Positions 51,791 to 64,000 of a DNA stretch of 64,000 nt are shown piece by piece. Under the pieces are notes generated by a model that was given only the letters and a program-made list of their open reading frames with translations, searched no databases and was not told the origin of the DNA. This stretch comes from Heptranchias perlo (Eukaryota), in NCBI RefSeq assembly GCF_035084215.1, contig NC_090340.1:14818001-14882000 (forward strand). The letters run 5' to 3'. Positions within the stretch are counted from its first letter, which is position 1; each line of letters begins with the position of its first letter. The position numbers were made by a program, and so were the translations under genes.

Positions 51791-53529
51791 ACATTAAATG
51801 TAAGTAAATGTTCAACAAATAGGATTATGTTTCAAGTTAGTTTCACATTCGATTTTCTCATCTAATAACTGCATAATGTTTGAAGAATAATGTTTCATGA
51901 TTCTTTTGCAAACTAGTTAACCAACTGTGACACATTCGTGTAAAGTCAACGAGTTGACGCTCAGCCAGCCCTGTGTTCTGAAAAAATGGAAGCAATTAGC
52001 TTAAAATTTCGCCTTGTGTTTTTTGCTATACCACAAGCGCTGTGAAATATTGACACCGACGCGTGGGTTTCTAAAGCTAAGTGTAGACATGGTTCATTTG
52101 CACGTCTCCGCTGTCGCAGTTCAAGTTTTAAATTTAGCTGTTAATTGCAACACTCTGAAAACTTATCGAGTGTTGCAACAACAGCAGTTATCACGCCTCA
52201 TGGTTCAGTGTAATTGCATCAACGGGCAATGCTCACATTTATTCATCTACACACGCGTTTCAGTACATTAAAACTGGCTAAACCACTGACACTTGGCTTA
52301 ATTTAATGTACTGCAATACTGTAATATTGATCACACGGGCTTCCAACTTGTCAGTTGTGGACAGCTGTCTAAAATGTCAAAAGTATTTGGTTAACGCGAA
52401 GCAGATTTAATTCAATCTCCTTTTAATTGTAACATTTTTAAGAGCAGAGCCATTACTGAACATTGTCCCTTGTCATAGTGTTTTACACATTAGGAATGCC
52501 TGTTGTAGGCGACCAAGGAGTGTATTGTGTATAGAACATCTTATGGGATATCTTGTCGTTCAACTTCATCCTCGTCGTGAGCAGGACATAGGGTAATTGT
52601 AATGTCACAGTAGGGGAAGTCTCATATAAAATCCGTGCTCCCAGACTGCCTTCAAGCAGCACTGTACCAGTATATAAATAATGACTGAAGATAGCAGTCA
52701 GCGTATAAGTATTTCCCTTTTTTACACTAAAGGCTTAACGGATAGGTTAGAAGAATGCGCTTCCCCTTTAAGAACACGCTGCGTTTGATTATATTCAAAA
52801 CGGTTGAAAAGTTAAGGAACACAAACAGAAACAAGTATAAAGACCAACACACATGCACGTGTGATTACGTGCACACGATCACACACACACACGAAATTTA
52901 AAGTTCCTGTGCATATCCAGTGAAAAAAATCCAACCTCGAGTATTAAAATGGATACATAATAAATATCAAATATCAATTAGAAAGGGCAATCGTTTTGGC
53001 AGACGGAAATGGGATAAAATTCAATTATTTCGCTATCTCTATCTTAACCCAGCACCAACTCGTTGTAATTTCTCACCCATCCTAATGAGAAATGTATTTA
53101 TTTCACCGATTTTGTAGTCACGGCGCTTGGTGCATTTTACAAGTCTGAGTCAGAACAAGCTGGGCTTTCAGTTATATGCTGTCCATGATTTCTAGACCTA
53201 AAAATCAGGACTCTGATTCCACACAAATGGCCGGCTACCCCGCTGCAGTTGATAATGTCGTCCCAGCTGATCGACGTGAACTGATTCTAGCGACTCCATT
53301 GGATATATTATTGCATATTGATAACACGTCATTTTTTGAGCACAGAGCTTGCTGTGGACAAGAGTTGGGTGAATCTGCTGAACAGAGTGAATTGCAAACA
53401 GAGTCTGGACTTTAAAAACGGAAATTTGGTGAGAGTAGAAATTAATAAGAGGGGGTAGGAGGGCCTGAATAATTTGTACCAAGGGGGAAAAGTAAATAAG
53501 CAAATATATCAATAAATAATCAGTAATTA

Positions 53530-56018
53530 ATCGCAGCAAGTGTTTCCAGCTGCTCGAACTCAAGCTCAGGGTTTCTGAGCATGAGGAGAGAATGGAGTCA
53601 CTGTAAGGCATACGGGAGGGTGAGAATTTCCTGGATCGCATGTTCCAGGAGGTGGTCACTCCGCAACCACAGAGAGGAGGATAGTAAGTCGGTGGTCATT
53701 CGGCGGGGTAGGAAGAGTTAAGCAGTGCAGGAATTCTGTGGAAGTGTGGCACTCTCAAACCAGTTTTGGGTGCTGAGTACTGGTGAGGGGGAGTGCAGTC
53801 TAGAGCACATCCACGTTACGGTGGGATATTTGACTGCACGGGGGCTGGTGGGTAGTGGGGATGGCATAGCAAAGTGTAGAAATGCAGTTGTCACAGGGGA
53901 TTCGATAGTCAGGGGAATAGACAGACGTTTCAGCAACCGCCGAAGTGAGTCTTGCATGGTGTGTTGCCTCTCTGGTGCCGGGCCAAAGGACATCACTGAA
54001 CGACTGCAGAACATTTTGCGTGGAAAAGAGGGACAGCTGGAAGCCGTTGTCCATGTTGAATCTATGACATAGGTAGGAAAAGGGTTGAGGTCCTACAGAC
54101 AGTTTCAGGAGCAAGGGTGAAAATAAAAGAGCAGGACTCAAAGATAGTAATCTCTGGATTACTCCCAGTGTTATGTGCTAGTGAGTCTCGGAACAGTAGG
54201 ATAAGACAGGATAATCCGTGGCTGGAGAAATGGTGAAGGATTGAGGACTTCACATTCCTGGGGCATGGGACCAGTTCTGGGGCAGGAGGGACCTGTACAA
54301 CAGGTTAGACCTCAACAGGGTTGGGACCAATGTCCTTGTGGAGAGGTTCGCTCGTGCTGTGGGGGAGGGTGTAAACTAATTTGACAGTAGGAGCGGCACC
54401 AGAAGGAAGCATTAGGGAGGAGGAACAATATGCACCGAGGACTGGGAGAGACAAACGGCATTAGAATAAAGAGTAGTTTATAAATAGGAGGGATCAGACA
54501 GGGGTAACCGCGTGGTAGGCTAAGGTGGGCCTGGAATGCATGTGTGTAAATGCACGGAGCACAGCAAATAAGGTTGGTGAGCTTCAGCTACATGTAGCTG
54601 CATGGGATTATGATATAGCAGCAATGACATTAAAGGCAAATCGTGTTTGACTAAATTGATTGAGTTCTTTGATGAAGTAATGGAAAAGGTTGATGTGGGT
54701 TGTGCAGCTGATGTTGTGTATCTGAACTTTCAAAAGGTATTTCATCAAGTGCCACTTCTTGGACTTGTTGGCACGACTGAAGCCCGTGGGATTAAAGGGG
54801 CAGCAGCTGCGAGGTTATGCAATTGGCTCAGGGACTGAGAGCAGAGAGTTGTGGTGAGCGGTTGTTTTTCAGACTGGAGGGAAGTGTGCAGTGATGTCCC
54901 CCAGGGGGCGCTGTTGGGTCTATTGCTCTTTTTGAAATATATTAATGACCTGGACTTGGGTACAAAGGGCATAATTTCAAAGTTTGCAGATGACACCAAA
55001 CTTGGAAATGTGGTGAACAGCGAGGACGATAGTAAAAGACTCCAGGAGGACATAGCAGACTGATGTAATGGGCAGACGCATGACAGATGAAATTTAACGC
55101 AGTGAAGTCGTTCATTTTGGTTGGAAGAAAGAGGAGAGGCAATAGAAACGAAATTGTACAATTTTAAAGAGGGGTGCAGCAACAGAGAGACCTGGGGGTG
55201 CACGTACACACATCTTTGCTGGTAGCAGGGCAAGTTGAGAAGGCTGTTAAAAAGGCATACGGGATCTTTGGCTTTCTAAATAGAGGCATAGAATATAAAA
55301 GCAAGAAAATTATGCTAAACCTTTACTAAACAGTGGTTAGGCCCCAGCTGGAGCATCGTGGTCAATTCTGGGCACCACAATTTAGAAAAGATGTCAAGGC
55401 CTTAGATAAGGTGCAGAGGAGACTTACTAGAATGGTACCAGGGATTAAAGATTTCAGTTACTTGGACAGACTAGAGAAACTGGGGCTATTCCCCTTCGAG
55501 CATGGAAGGTTACAAGGAGATTTGACAGAAGTGTGAAAAATCATCAAGGGTTTTGCTAGAGTAAATAAGGAGTAACTGTTTCCAGTGGCAAACTTGTCGA
55601 TAACCAGGGGATATATATTAAAGATAATTCGCAAAAGAACCAGAGGCGACATGAGGGGAAAATCATTCACGCAGCGAGTTGTTATGATCTGGAGTGCGCT
55701 GCCTGAAAGGGTGGTGGAAGGAGATTCAATGATAACTTTCCAAAGGAAATTCGATAAACACTTGAAGGAAGAAATTTGCTGGGCAATGGGGAAAGAGCAG
55801 GGGAGTTGGACTAATTGGATAGCTCTTTCAAAGAGCCGGCACAGGCACGATGGGCTGAATGGCCTCCTTATGTGCTGTATCATTCCAGGATTCTATGATT
55901 TACCCACTGTGCACTTTTAAAGTGGAGTGGGACTTGCTGGATTGCTCTTGCATAGAGCCGGCACGGACTCGATGAGCCGAATGGCCTCCTTCCGTGCTGT
56001 AACCTTTCTATGATTCTA
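53530..56018 (+). mobile_element. CR1 LINE with esterase ORF1, large internal ORF2 deletion and duplicated 3' end
   Basis: VTGDSIVRG..MVCCLSGA. Jumps from the EN start to RT (SCLTKLIEFF) near 54630. 3' UTR occurs twice (ending ~55899 and ~56018). Confidence 0.9.
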
Positions 56019-56217
56019 AGAAAACAATGGTCGTATTGTGACTGCTTCCTTCCCGGCAGTATGAAGATTGTAGATGCAGCCGAGATCCATTTGCTTTCAT
56101 TGGGAAACACAAGTGCTGATATACAAATTGAGTCAGTACAAAATATGGATATACTGACCTCCGCGAGGGATCCCTTGGTAAATTAATTTTTTAACGTGCT
56201 TTCACCTCACACTGCAG

Positions 56218-57732
56218 TCACACTCAGTGCGGTGTCGAACCGAAGCCCTTTGAGACTAACACCTCCAGGTCGGGCTATAACTTGGAATCATGCTGAAACT
56301 TTAGCCTGGCAGCCGAGCCGAAACGACTTTACGGGGATGCTAAAGTTAGTAACAATGGTTTACAGCCCACAACTTACAATCGATGTTGGAGCCGAATATC
56401 CAGTTAGAAAATCCCAGGAAAAACTAATACGTCTTTTCCAAGATTCACAGATTCCGGCTGATCTCTATCTTTTTATTGTAAAAGTTGCCAATAAGGAATT
56501 CCACTATAAAACAGACGAACCTCTCTTTGCTGGAGGAGGGGGTTCGTTTTAGTTAATAAACTATTTTTTAGTAATACAACGCCTTTCTGGTACATGGGTT
56601 ATCCTGCTCATGGCCCGGTGCAATAATGTCATTCGGGCCGCACCATTCTTTTTAGTTCAGGTTAGTAAGAAAGAATGTTTGTCATGGGACCAAAGCTTCC
56701 TGAATACAAACACCGGGACGCTTCTTGTACAATCTGGTTAACTAAAAGTCAAAAGCTTGTTAATCAGCCGATCTCATTAATGGACAGGGTGATACAGATA
56801 TACTTATCGTAGCAGGAAATTCAGTCCCGCCTGTCAGCTAATGCAGTAAACTGAAGCTGCATGTATATTTAGCTTGCAACCGCAGACAGTTAGATATGTG
56901 CAGATTTACATGTCCATTCATTAACAGTCAAATAAGCCTGCAGCGGCTCCACTTTTGCAAAGAGAAGTCAGATTAAACTTACTATCACAAATATCTAGGA
57001 ACACCTACTCTTGGTACACATGCACCCTGATAATTATCTGAGCAAGTGCTTTATCTATGATCGTTAGACTATTTTTACTGTTTGAAGTCTTTACCGTAAA
57101 GTATGAAGAGCTGTTCCCGTTGATATTGTGACCAGCTGAATCAGATTGTCTTTTTAGACTTGGAGACAAAGAGGTCTGACAAACAACTTGCTGATGGCTC
57201 AGTGGGAAAATGTTCCCCGAGGTGCAGTACTGAGTCATGCAGAACAGGAAGGTCACTTTTTCCAATCCCTGTTATCTGTTGAAATAGAGTCGAGTTAGAG
57301 GGGTTCTACAGCCAAACTGAGCTGTCGTGACCTCCGTTTGATGTTCTTGCATAGAGAAGATAAAGCCGAGATGAGATAGTTCCTACCAACTGATCATCTA
57401 CTAATGGACTGGAGAAAGAAAAATGTCATCTGTGGAGCTAAAACTCCTACGCGCTAATGTCATCCCTAAGTTTAAATAAACCACTGGAGCATTCATCGGC
57501 CTACACTGCAAGCAAAGCGATTGTTACATTTTGGGTTATTTTGCTTTTTACGCTCCCTCACTTTCTCTTCCTCTCTCTAGCTGCAGCCCACGATCTGGAA
57601 TTGGCTATCCAACCATGTTGGGCTTCCATTTTGCATCTGCAGATGGAATCAGCCTGACATTGCGATTGTTTATGAGCCAACTTTACGGTTCTAGCAAATT
57701 AAAAAGTGCCTGTCTGCAATACTAAGGAAGGG
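56218..57732 (+). pseudogene. Probable decayed VJ-C1-TM paralogue
   Basis: Three phase-1 acceptors in the expected order. V-like 56218-~56560 (PGRAITW, DSG/LYLFIV across a frameshift, GGGSF*LI). C1-like 56999-~57300 (TPTL, LYL*SLDYFY, EVFTVKY, SDCLFRL, WLSGKMF..VQY). Semi-hydrophobic exon 57581-57732. Contains stops and frameshifts. Confidence 0.4.
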
Positions 57733-57879
57733 GTATGAATGCACCCTCACATTAGTTGGATTTGACACGCAGTTGGATGCAAATTCAGGGCAGTATCAAT
57801 CCTAGTGTACAGAATGCGCATGTTTAAAGGGGAGGGGCTTCTCTTTGTCAAGCTTCTTGAGCATTCGAATTGTTTAATT

Positions 57880-58370
57880 GTTGGTGGCATAGTGGTTATG
57901 TTAATGGACTGGTAATCCAGAGGCCTGGACGAATAATCCGGAGACATGAGTTTAAATGGGCCACGGCAGCTGGGGAATTTAAATTCAGTTAATTAAATAT
58001 AATCTGGAATAAAAGCTAGTATCAGTAATGGTGACCACGAAGCGAACGGATTGTCGTAAAAACCCAATTCGTTCACTAATGTGCTTTACGGAAGTAAATC
58101 TGCCGCATTTACCCGGTCTGGCCTTTTTGTGACTCCAGACCCACAGCAATGTGGTTGATTTGTAACTGCCCTCTGAAATGGACCAGCAAGCCACTCAGTT
58201 GTACAATCTCGCTACAAAAAGACATAATACCTAACAGCACTGTGAGAATGTCTTCACCCGGACTGTAGCGGTTCAAGAAGGCTGCTCACCACCACCTTCT
58301 CAAGGGAAATTAGGGTTCGGCAATAAATGCTGGTCTTGCCAGCGACGCCCACATCCCATGAATGAATCAA
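57880..58370 (+). mobile_element. tRNA-derived SINE with a family-C LINE 3' tail
   Basis: A-box tggcatagtgg at the head. The 3' end caataaatgctggtcttgccagcgacgcccacatcccatgaatgaa matches the LINE end at 5395. Confidence 0.78.
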
Positions 58371-60489
58371 AAAGAAGGATCTGCGCTCTGCCCTAAACAG
58401 TATCCCCGCCGCACAAATCGCTCTCCTGGACCTGACTTGGCGAGGGCCAAGCAAGATAAGCCCGGGTCGGCTTGGCCGATCTGAACTAGAGTTACTGATT
58501 TCACATCGGTAGGTGCAATGCAAATGCACTCTAACAATCAGTTCAATTAAAAACAATAAATCTTATCTTCACTTGTTATTTATGGCTTTAGATAAGGGTG
58601 AAGCTTTGGTGCAGATAAACCGAAACCTTTTGAACATTTAGCTTTATCTGAAAGACCATTTGGTCCATCCTAACTCAGCCATCTGAAAACCGACATTTCC
58701 CCTATTAAATAATTTAATTCCACCTTAAATGATTTAATTGATGCCTCCACTTCAGTACCACATGTCCACTTCCATTTGAGTTAGTCTTTGTGTAAAGAAT
58801 AGCTTTTCCTTATCTGTTCTCGTGATGTGGGATGCATCTGCAAGGTTGCATTCATTGTCCATTCTCATTGCCATATACAAAGTGGCGGTGGGCCATTTCT
58901 TGCTGATGATTTTTCTGTGCTGATGGTTAGATAGGGAATTCCAGGATATTGACCCAACAATGATGAAGGAACGGCGACGTATGTCCTAGTCAGGATTGCG
59001 TTCCCATATCGTTGCTGCTCACATCCTGCTCATGGTAGAGGTCGAGGGCCGAGGCGGTGTTGTCCAATAAGAACTTCTTTATGAGTCCTAAATCAGCTTG
59101 CGTCCGGGTAGCCGGATAATTGATTCGGTTTACACAGCGTTTCGCACACGGTCGTCGATATCATGGCTTTTAGCCAGTCAACCTGAAATTTTATGACCAT
59201 TATATTTCCGGTTTTTTTCAAATAAACATCCGAAGCTGTAGAATTTGTAAGATATGTGAGCCCTGCATGGGTAACATTATTTTCATAAATGTATAACGTG
59301 ATGCAGTCGACAGCAGAACGTGGCTTGCAACAGGAATGTGCTCTCTCAAGACACAATGATAATCATAGCCTTGGTCTTAACCCTTCTAGAATTGTACAGG
59401 CATGAATCGTATTAAACAGCATCTGATTATTCAGTGTGCATATTGCTACAATAGGAAGCTAACTTTTTATGGAATGATTTTAGGAAAGGAAGTTCTTGGC
59501 AAGGCTTTTCGTGGGTGACAAAGGTCACTAAAATTAACAGTGTTCAAAATCTCCAAGTTCACTTTCGTGTCAAACACTTCTTTTCCCATCAGCAGCTCTG
59601 GATTGTCTGTAAAGGCCAAGGTCGTCAAGAGTTGAACATGCCTCCATATCTCGGGAGACGCTGACCTCTCCGACACCCCTGGACAGGACAGTAGAAATGA
59701 CTTCTCATCTAATAATCGTTCTCATTCTCACCTACAGCCTCTCTGTCCCTTGCACCATTGTTTTCCTATACTATCACATTACCATCCGCTCTGTTCCAAA
59801 TGTTTCCCTCTTTTCCTCCTAAGCTGTAAATATGCCATCTAGCACGCTCTTCCACATTTATGCATCCTCAACCAGTTGAATTCAAGACTTGTTCCTTCTG
59901 AAGACGTCCAAACTTTACTCAGTCTTTCCTTCCTCCAATAATCGTCAAGATTTTTAAACCTCTGCTTGGCATTAATAATTATTAACTCCTGATTCATCTT
60001 GTTTACTCTCTTACACTTTTCAACCTCAACGCTGATCATGCCCGTTCACCTTGTTTTCTGATTTTTTAAAAAAGTTAACTTGCTGCGTGTATGTGACACT
60101 GTGTTTAGAACATTGGGAAATTAGACGGCCCTTTCTGTCACAATCTCAGACGCCCATAAAGATGCATTGGCCAGCTTCATTGATTTGATCAATGCTGTTA
60201 TCAAATACAACTTATTATGAAAGTTAAAGATATCTTTCAACAGACATGCTGGATATACGAGTCTGAGGTTGCCCTGAAATAACGTTGGGTGGTGTGATGA
60301 GGCTGTAATCAGCATGAAGCAAACACTCTATTTCACTCTTTAAACTCTGCCAATAGCACCGCTGTTTCAGGCATGTAGCCTCTCACGTCATTGACTCATA
60401 GATCTCACCAGGTTTTGAACCGCCTTATTTCTCCAAACTATTAGAGTTTCGTGTTTGTTGTCTTCAAACGGCCAGTACCTATCACTGAA

Positions 60490-60544
60490 ATGTTTATGAG
60501 GGCTCTGCTTCAGAGCATACAGCTCATGGGGATTATTTTCATAG
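60490..60544 (+). CDS. Gene B exon 1: signal peptide (MFMRALLQSIQLMGIIFI)
   Basis: ATG at 60490, 55-nt exon ending ATAG|gtacgt, phase 1, followed by a 91-nt intron to the V exon. Mirrors gene A exon 1. Confidence 0.8.
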
Positions 60545-60635
60545 GTACGTTCGTTCCTTCGTTCATTCTTTGTCTCTCTCTCTGAAACTCTCTCCGTGAT
60601 TTTATAACTATAACTAATGTTCATTTTGTTAACAG

Positions 60636-60953
60636 TTGCCGCCGATACTCTGTTTAAAGTGACCCAGGCCCCTGAAAACACCAATTCGATCGCTGGTACA
60701 AACATTGCCTTCAATTGCACATTTCCCAGTGCTCCAGACGATTCAAATGTGAATATATATTGGTGGAAACTTGGCGAAAAGGAATTGATACAACCAGGCT
60801 CAGACAGCAGGCAACGATTTAGTAATGAGAATGGAAGAGCCTCCTTCCATCTCCTGAATGTCAGTGTCCTGGACTCTGGAGCCTATTACTGCTTCGTGAC
60901 ACTTCTGGGGGACAGGGCTGAAAATGGAAGTGGATCAAAGCTTGTCGTCAGTG
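60636..60953 (+). CDS. Gene B exon 2: germline-joined VJ-type Ig V domain
   Basis: ttttgttaacag| acceptor and AGTG|gtaagc donor. Motifs VTQAP, GTNIAFNC, IYWWK, DSGAYYC and ENGSGSKLVV. About 43% identical to gene A V by hand alignment. Confidence 0.93.
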
Positions 60954-61424
60954 GTAAGCACATTGCAAAGAACGGATCGACTGCATAGTCTCACTGTAAT
61001 TCAAAATAAATAAAAAAGCATGGCATTCTCTCTCTCGCTCTCGTGTTGCTTTAACATTTACATTAGAAGTCAAATATTTAAATGATGGAGATTCTAGTTA
61101 TGAAATACAACACGTGTAGCACTGTGTACTGGTTTTCAATCTATATTAATCGATTTATTATTCATTATTAATGTTGTTTCATCCATGTAAATTTGCGCAG
61201 GAAGCGTGTTCATGCCATACCGGTGTGAATACAGATTGTGAAAAATCTTGAAAGATTTTCAGGATGAATAACATTTCGATTGGAATTATTTGAATATAAC
61301 CTGAACAATTTAAAAATTGCCTTTTGGTGATCTTATAAGGAGAAATTTCATCGTAAACGTGCTATTATCGAGTATAAAGTCTAATTTCAATGATAAAATT
61401 AATACAGAAGTTACTCCACATGAT

Positions 61425-61745
61425 AAAGAACTTGCACTTATTTAGCGCCTTTCAAGACGTCCGAAAAAGCGCTTTACAACCAATGAAGTATTTTTGAAAT
61501 GTAGTCACTATTGTAATGTTGGAAAATATGGCAGCAAATTTGCACACAGCAAAGTTCCACAAACAGCAATGAGATAATGACCAGGCAATTAATGATGGTA
61601 CTTGAGGGATAAATATTGGCCAGTACAACAAGACAACTTCTCTGCACGTCTTCGATTAGTGCTGTGGGATCCTTTATGTCCACCACAGAGAGCAGAGGGA
61701 GTTACATTTTAACATCTCATCAGATGGCACTCCCCGCAGTTCTTA
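61425..61745 (-). mobile_element. DeuSINE copy in gene B intron 2
   Basis: Homologous to 15075-15420. Confidence 0.7.
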
Positions 61746-62464
61746 TTTTCCAGTTATAAATGTCTCTCACACGCCGAAGTAACCCGTGAAATGAAGATTT
61801 CGCCTTCAATTAATAGCCCCGATTGTGATTTAATAAATTTATTGTAAACCGTACGAGCAACACGAATCAGAGAACTCAAGGCTGGAAATTGAATTCCTTT
61901 CGTGGTTGGGGATAATTGGGAGGAAGGATGTCTGTCGAAAGCGTTTTATCCCCGCTGTTTATTTCTCGGGTTACACTCAGTAACGGGACGGGGGTGGGGG
62001 CGGGGGGGGGTGGCAGTGTGGGGAGGGGGGCGCCCGGGCGGGTGTGGGCTTGCGATTCCTCTTCTCACTGTCAGTAGCAACACTGTGCGAGCGCATTCTG
62101 AACGTTTTGTTGGGTAGGGAATAGTGGGCATAGAAAGTCTTCACAAACGCATTTACTATTCGCTACAGAGACCAGAGCAATGCTTCCCCATGCTTTCCAA
62201 TTCTTGCAAATAGCGGGAAAAAAATGGAAAGTCAGGTTTCGAGATTTGATAAAGGGAACAATGTAAATCGTGAGCACAATCTATCTTAATTAAAATGTTA
62301 TGTGTTCGCTTCAACATAAAGAAACAGATATTTAGCTCTCTGATACTGTTATACCCGATCTGAACTCATATTTCTCCATTTGGAAGGCTCCGTCACAAAA
62401 GGGAATAAAGTTCTAAATTGCAGAATATAGCAAGTATTAACTTTCTTCTTTGCTCTTTCACCAG

Positions 62465-62776
62465 CTCCCCCAACTCCGCTGAGGATTGTCTCCAAAGCAT
62501 CTGAAAGCAACGTATCTGGTTCTTTCACTCTCGTTTGTGAAATGGCTGCATTTTACCCGGAGGGACTGACTACCACTTGGTATAAAAATGATAGAAGCAT
62601 TGAGATTGGAATACGTACAACTAAACAGCTCACTAGAGCCGGGATGTATGAAGCTTCCAGCTATCTTGAAGAGACACAGCCTGTTCAGGGAGGGACTGTT
62701 TATGTCTGTCTGGTTTCTCACGTGACCCTCCAGATTCCAGCCATGGCGATTTACGTGGTTCCCAATTCTAATTCAG
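62465..62776 (+). CDS. Gene B exon 3: Ig C1-set domain (no TM exon found; likely beyond the window)
   Basis: Long pyrimidine tract + ccag| acceptor and TCAG|gtaaga donor. Motifs LVCEMAAFYPEGLTTTWYKN and YVCLVSHVTL. About 53% identical to gene A C1 by hand alignment. Confidence 0.93.
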
Positions 62777-63054
62777 GTAAGATGTCACTTTTCTTACAAA
62801 AACAAACATCTGTCAGTAATCTGTGATTGCTTTATTGCCCGATATGGGGAAATTTGCCCTATACATCATTGAAAGGGAAACATGTTGGAAATTTCGTTAC
62901 AAATAGCGTTTAGTGGAATTTATCCCCAGCGTTATTTTTTTTGTAAAATTTCATTAATATTAAGAATATTGCAATTGATTGTTCATTTCAAGAGCATTTA
63001 GATTTCCGGTTCCTGACCTACCAACTTCCGCCGAATGGTTACAACCTTTACATT

Positions 63055-63180
63055 GGGGGGAACTTTCAACTTTGGTGGGCCGTAAAACTGGCGGCATGGG
63101 AACGTCTGAGTGTTACAAACACTGCTCGAATTTCCCTTCCATTTGTTTCCACGCGCCTGCCGAAGTTGAAAGTTTCGCCC
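63055..63180. mobile_element. Short MITE
   Basis: TIRs ggggggaactttcaactt / aagttgaaagtttcgccc. Confidence 0.65.
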
Positions 63181-64000
63181 AATGCACGTGCACCCAGTCA
63201 GTTGAGTAAATCTTTCAACCCGGAAAACATTTCTATGCAAGATTATTTTTCCCCATTATGTCACGTTTATTGATCAATATTCACACTTCATTCAAACCGC
63301 GTTCAATTTCCCACCCCAGATCAAGCACCACTGATTTAGCATCACATGATCGAAACGCCAAGCAGCTCAATTTGGGTCAGAACAAGTCTGTGACCCGAGT
63401 GCTGAAGTTCTTTACTCTCAAGTTTCAACTGAGTAAGAATTTCCCTGATCCCTCGATGGCAAATGTATATGTGATAATTTCCAGTTTTCGCTATTTCTAG
63501 TGAAATGGGAAACGGGTACAAACCAAAATTTTGTTGGGGACCAAATACTGGCTGTATATTACTTCTTGAAATAGTGGCAGTTTTATAGTTTTGAATAAAT
63601 GGGGCGTTAATGAAACAAAGGTACGGAGAGGAAAATTTCACAAACATATTCTACAGAGAAAAAAATCATGGCTGGACATATCTAATGGGAAATCATTACA
63701 AAAGAGGTTACGATATAAACACACGTAGTGACGAGGGCAATTGTTATTTGAATTAATTAACCACTTAAAACTAAAATTTATGTTTTAGTCTTAACAATAT
63801 AAGCTGCTCTTGTCCCACAGGGCGACAAATAAATACAGAGACTAGGAACGGGTCAGCCTTCCAGAAATATAGAACAAAAAGTGGTTGAAGCGGTAGCGCA
63901 AAATGAGCCATCGTGAATCTGCCGCCAGTTTTACACTCCGCCCATTTTGTTTTCCATTAGCCCGTTTTCTGACGGGTGATAAATATGATCCCCCCTCCCC

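Noticed and set aside
18400-61200. Rearranging Ig/TCR locus with RSS
   Set aside because: V and J-like sequence are already fused in single exons. The CACTGTG heptamers checked at 60097 and 61120 have no nonamer at 12 or 23 bp spacing.
63821-63888. Next exon of gene B after the tgtcccacag acceptor
   Set aside because: Gives a short hydrophilic peptide and a stop, with no TM. It could be a secreted-form exon but is unsupported.

Overview
This is eukaryotic, repeat-rich DNA. The CR1, L2, Penelope and DeuSINE content points to a cartilaginous fish (shark-type) genome; that assignment is an inference. Most of the window is decayed transposable elements, and most ORFs in the track are fragments or antisense shadows of them. 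The real host genes are two paralogous, divergently oriented immunoglobulin-superfamily receptor genes with a germline-joined VJ domain followed by a C1 domain. Gene A (minus strand, ~13.4-19.0 kb) is leader / VJ / C1 / Arg-containing TM / short tail and looks intact. Gene B (plus strand, from 60490) has leader / VJ / C1 and probably continues past the window end. Both V domains are unusually compact (VNAR-like Cys-Cys spacing), end in an NKp30-like J motif, and carry an N-glycosylation sequon where antigen receptors have the dimer-interface F/W. Several non-repeat islands between the two genes look like decayed exons of further paralogues (low confidence), suggesting a birth-and-death cluster of non-rearranging antigen-receptor-like immune receptors. 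All splice models and translations outside the ORF track were read by hand, repeat boundaries are approximate, and no database search was run.
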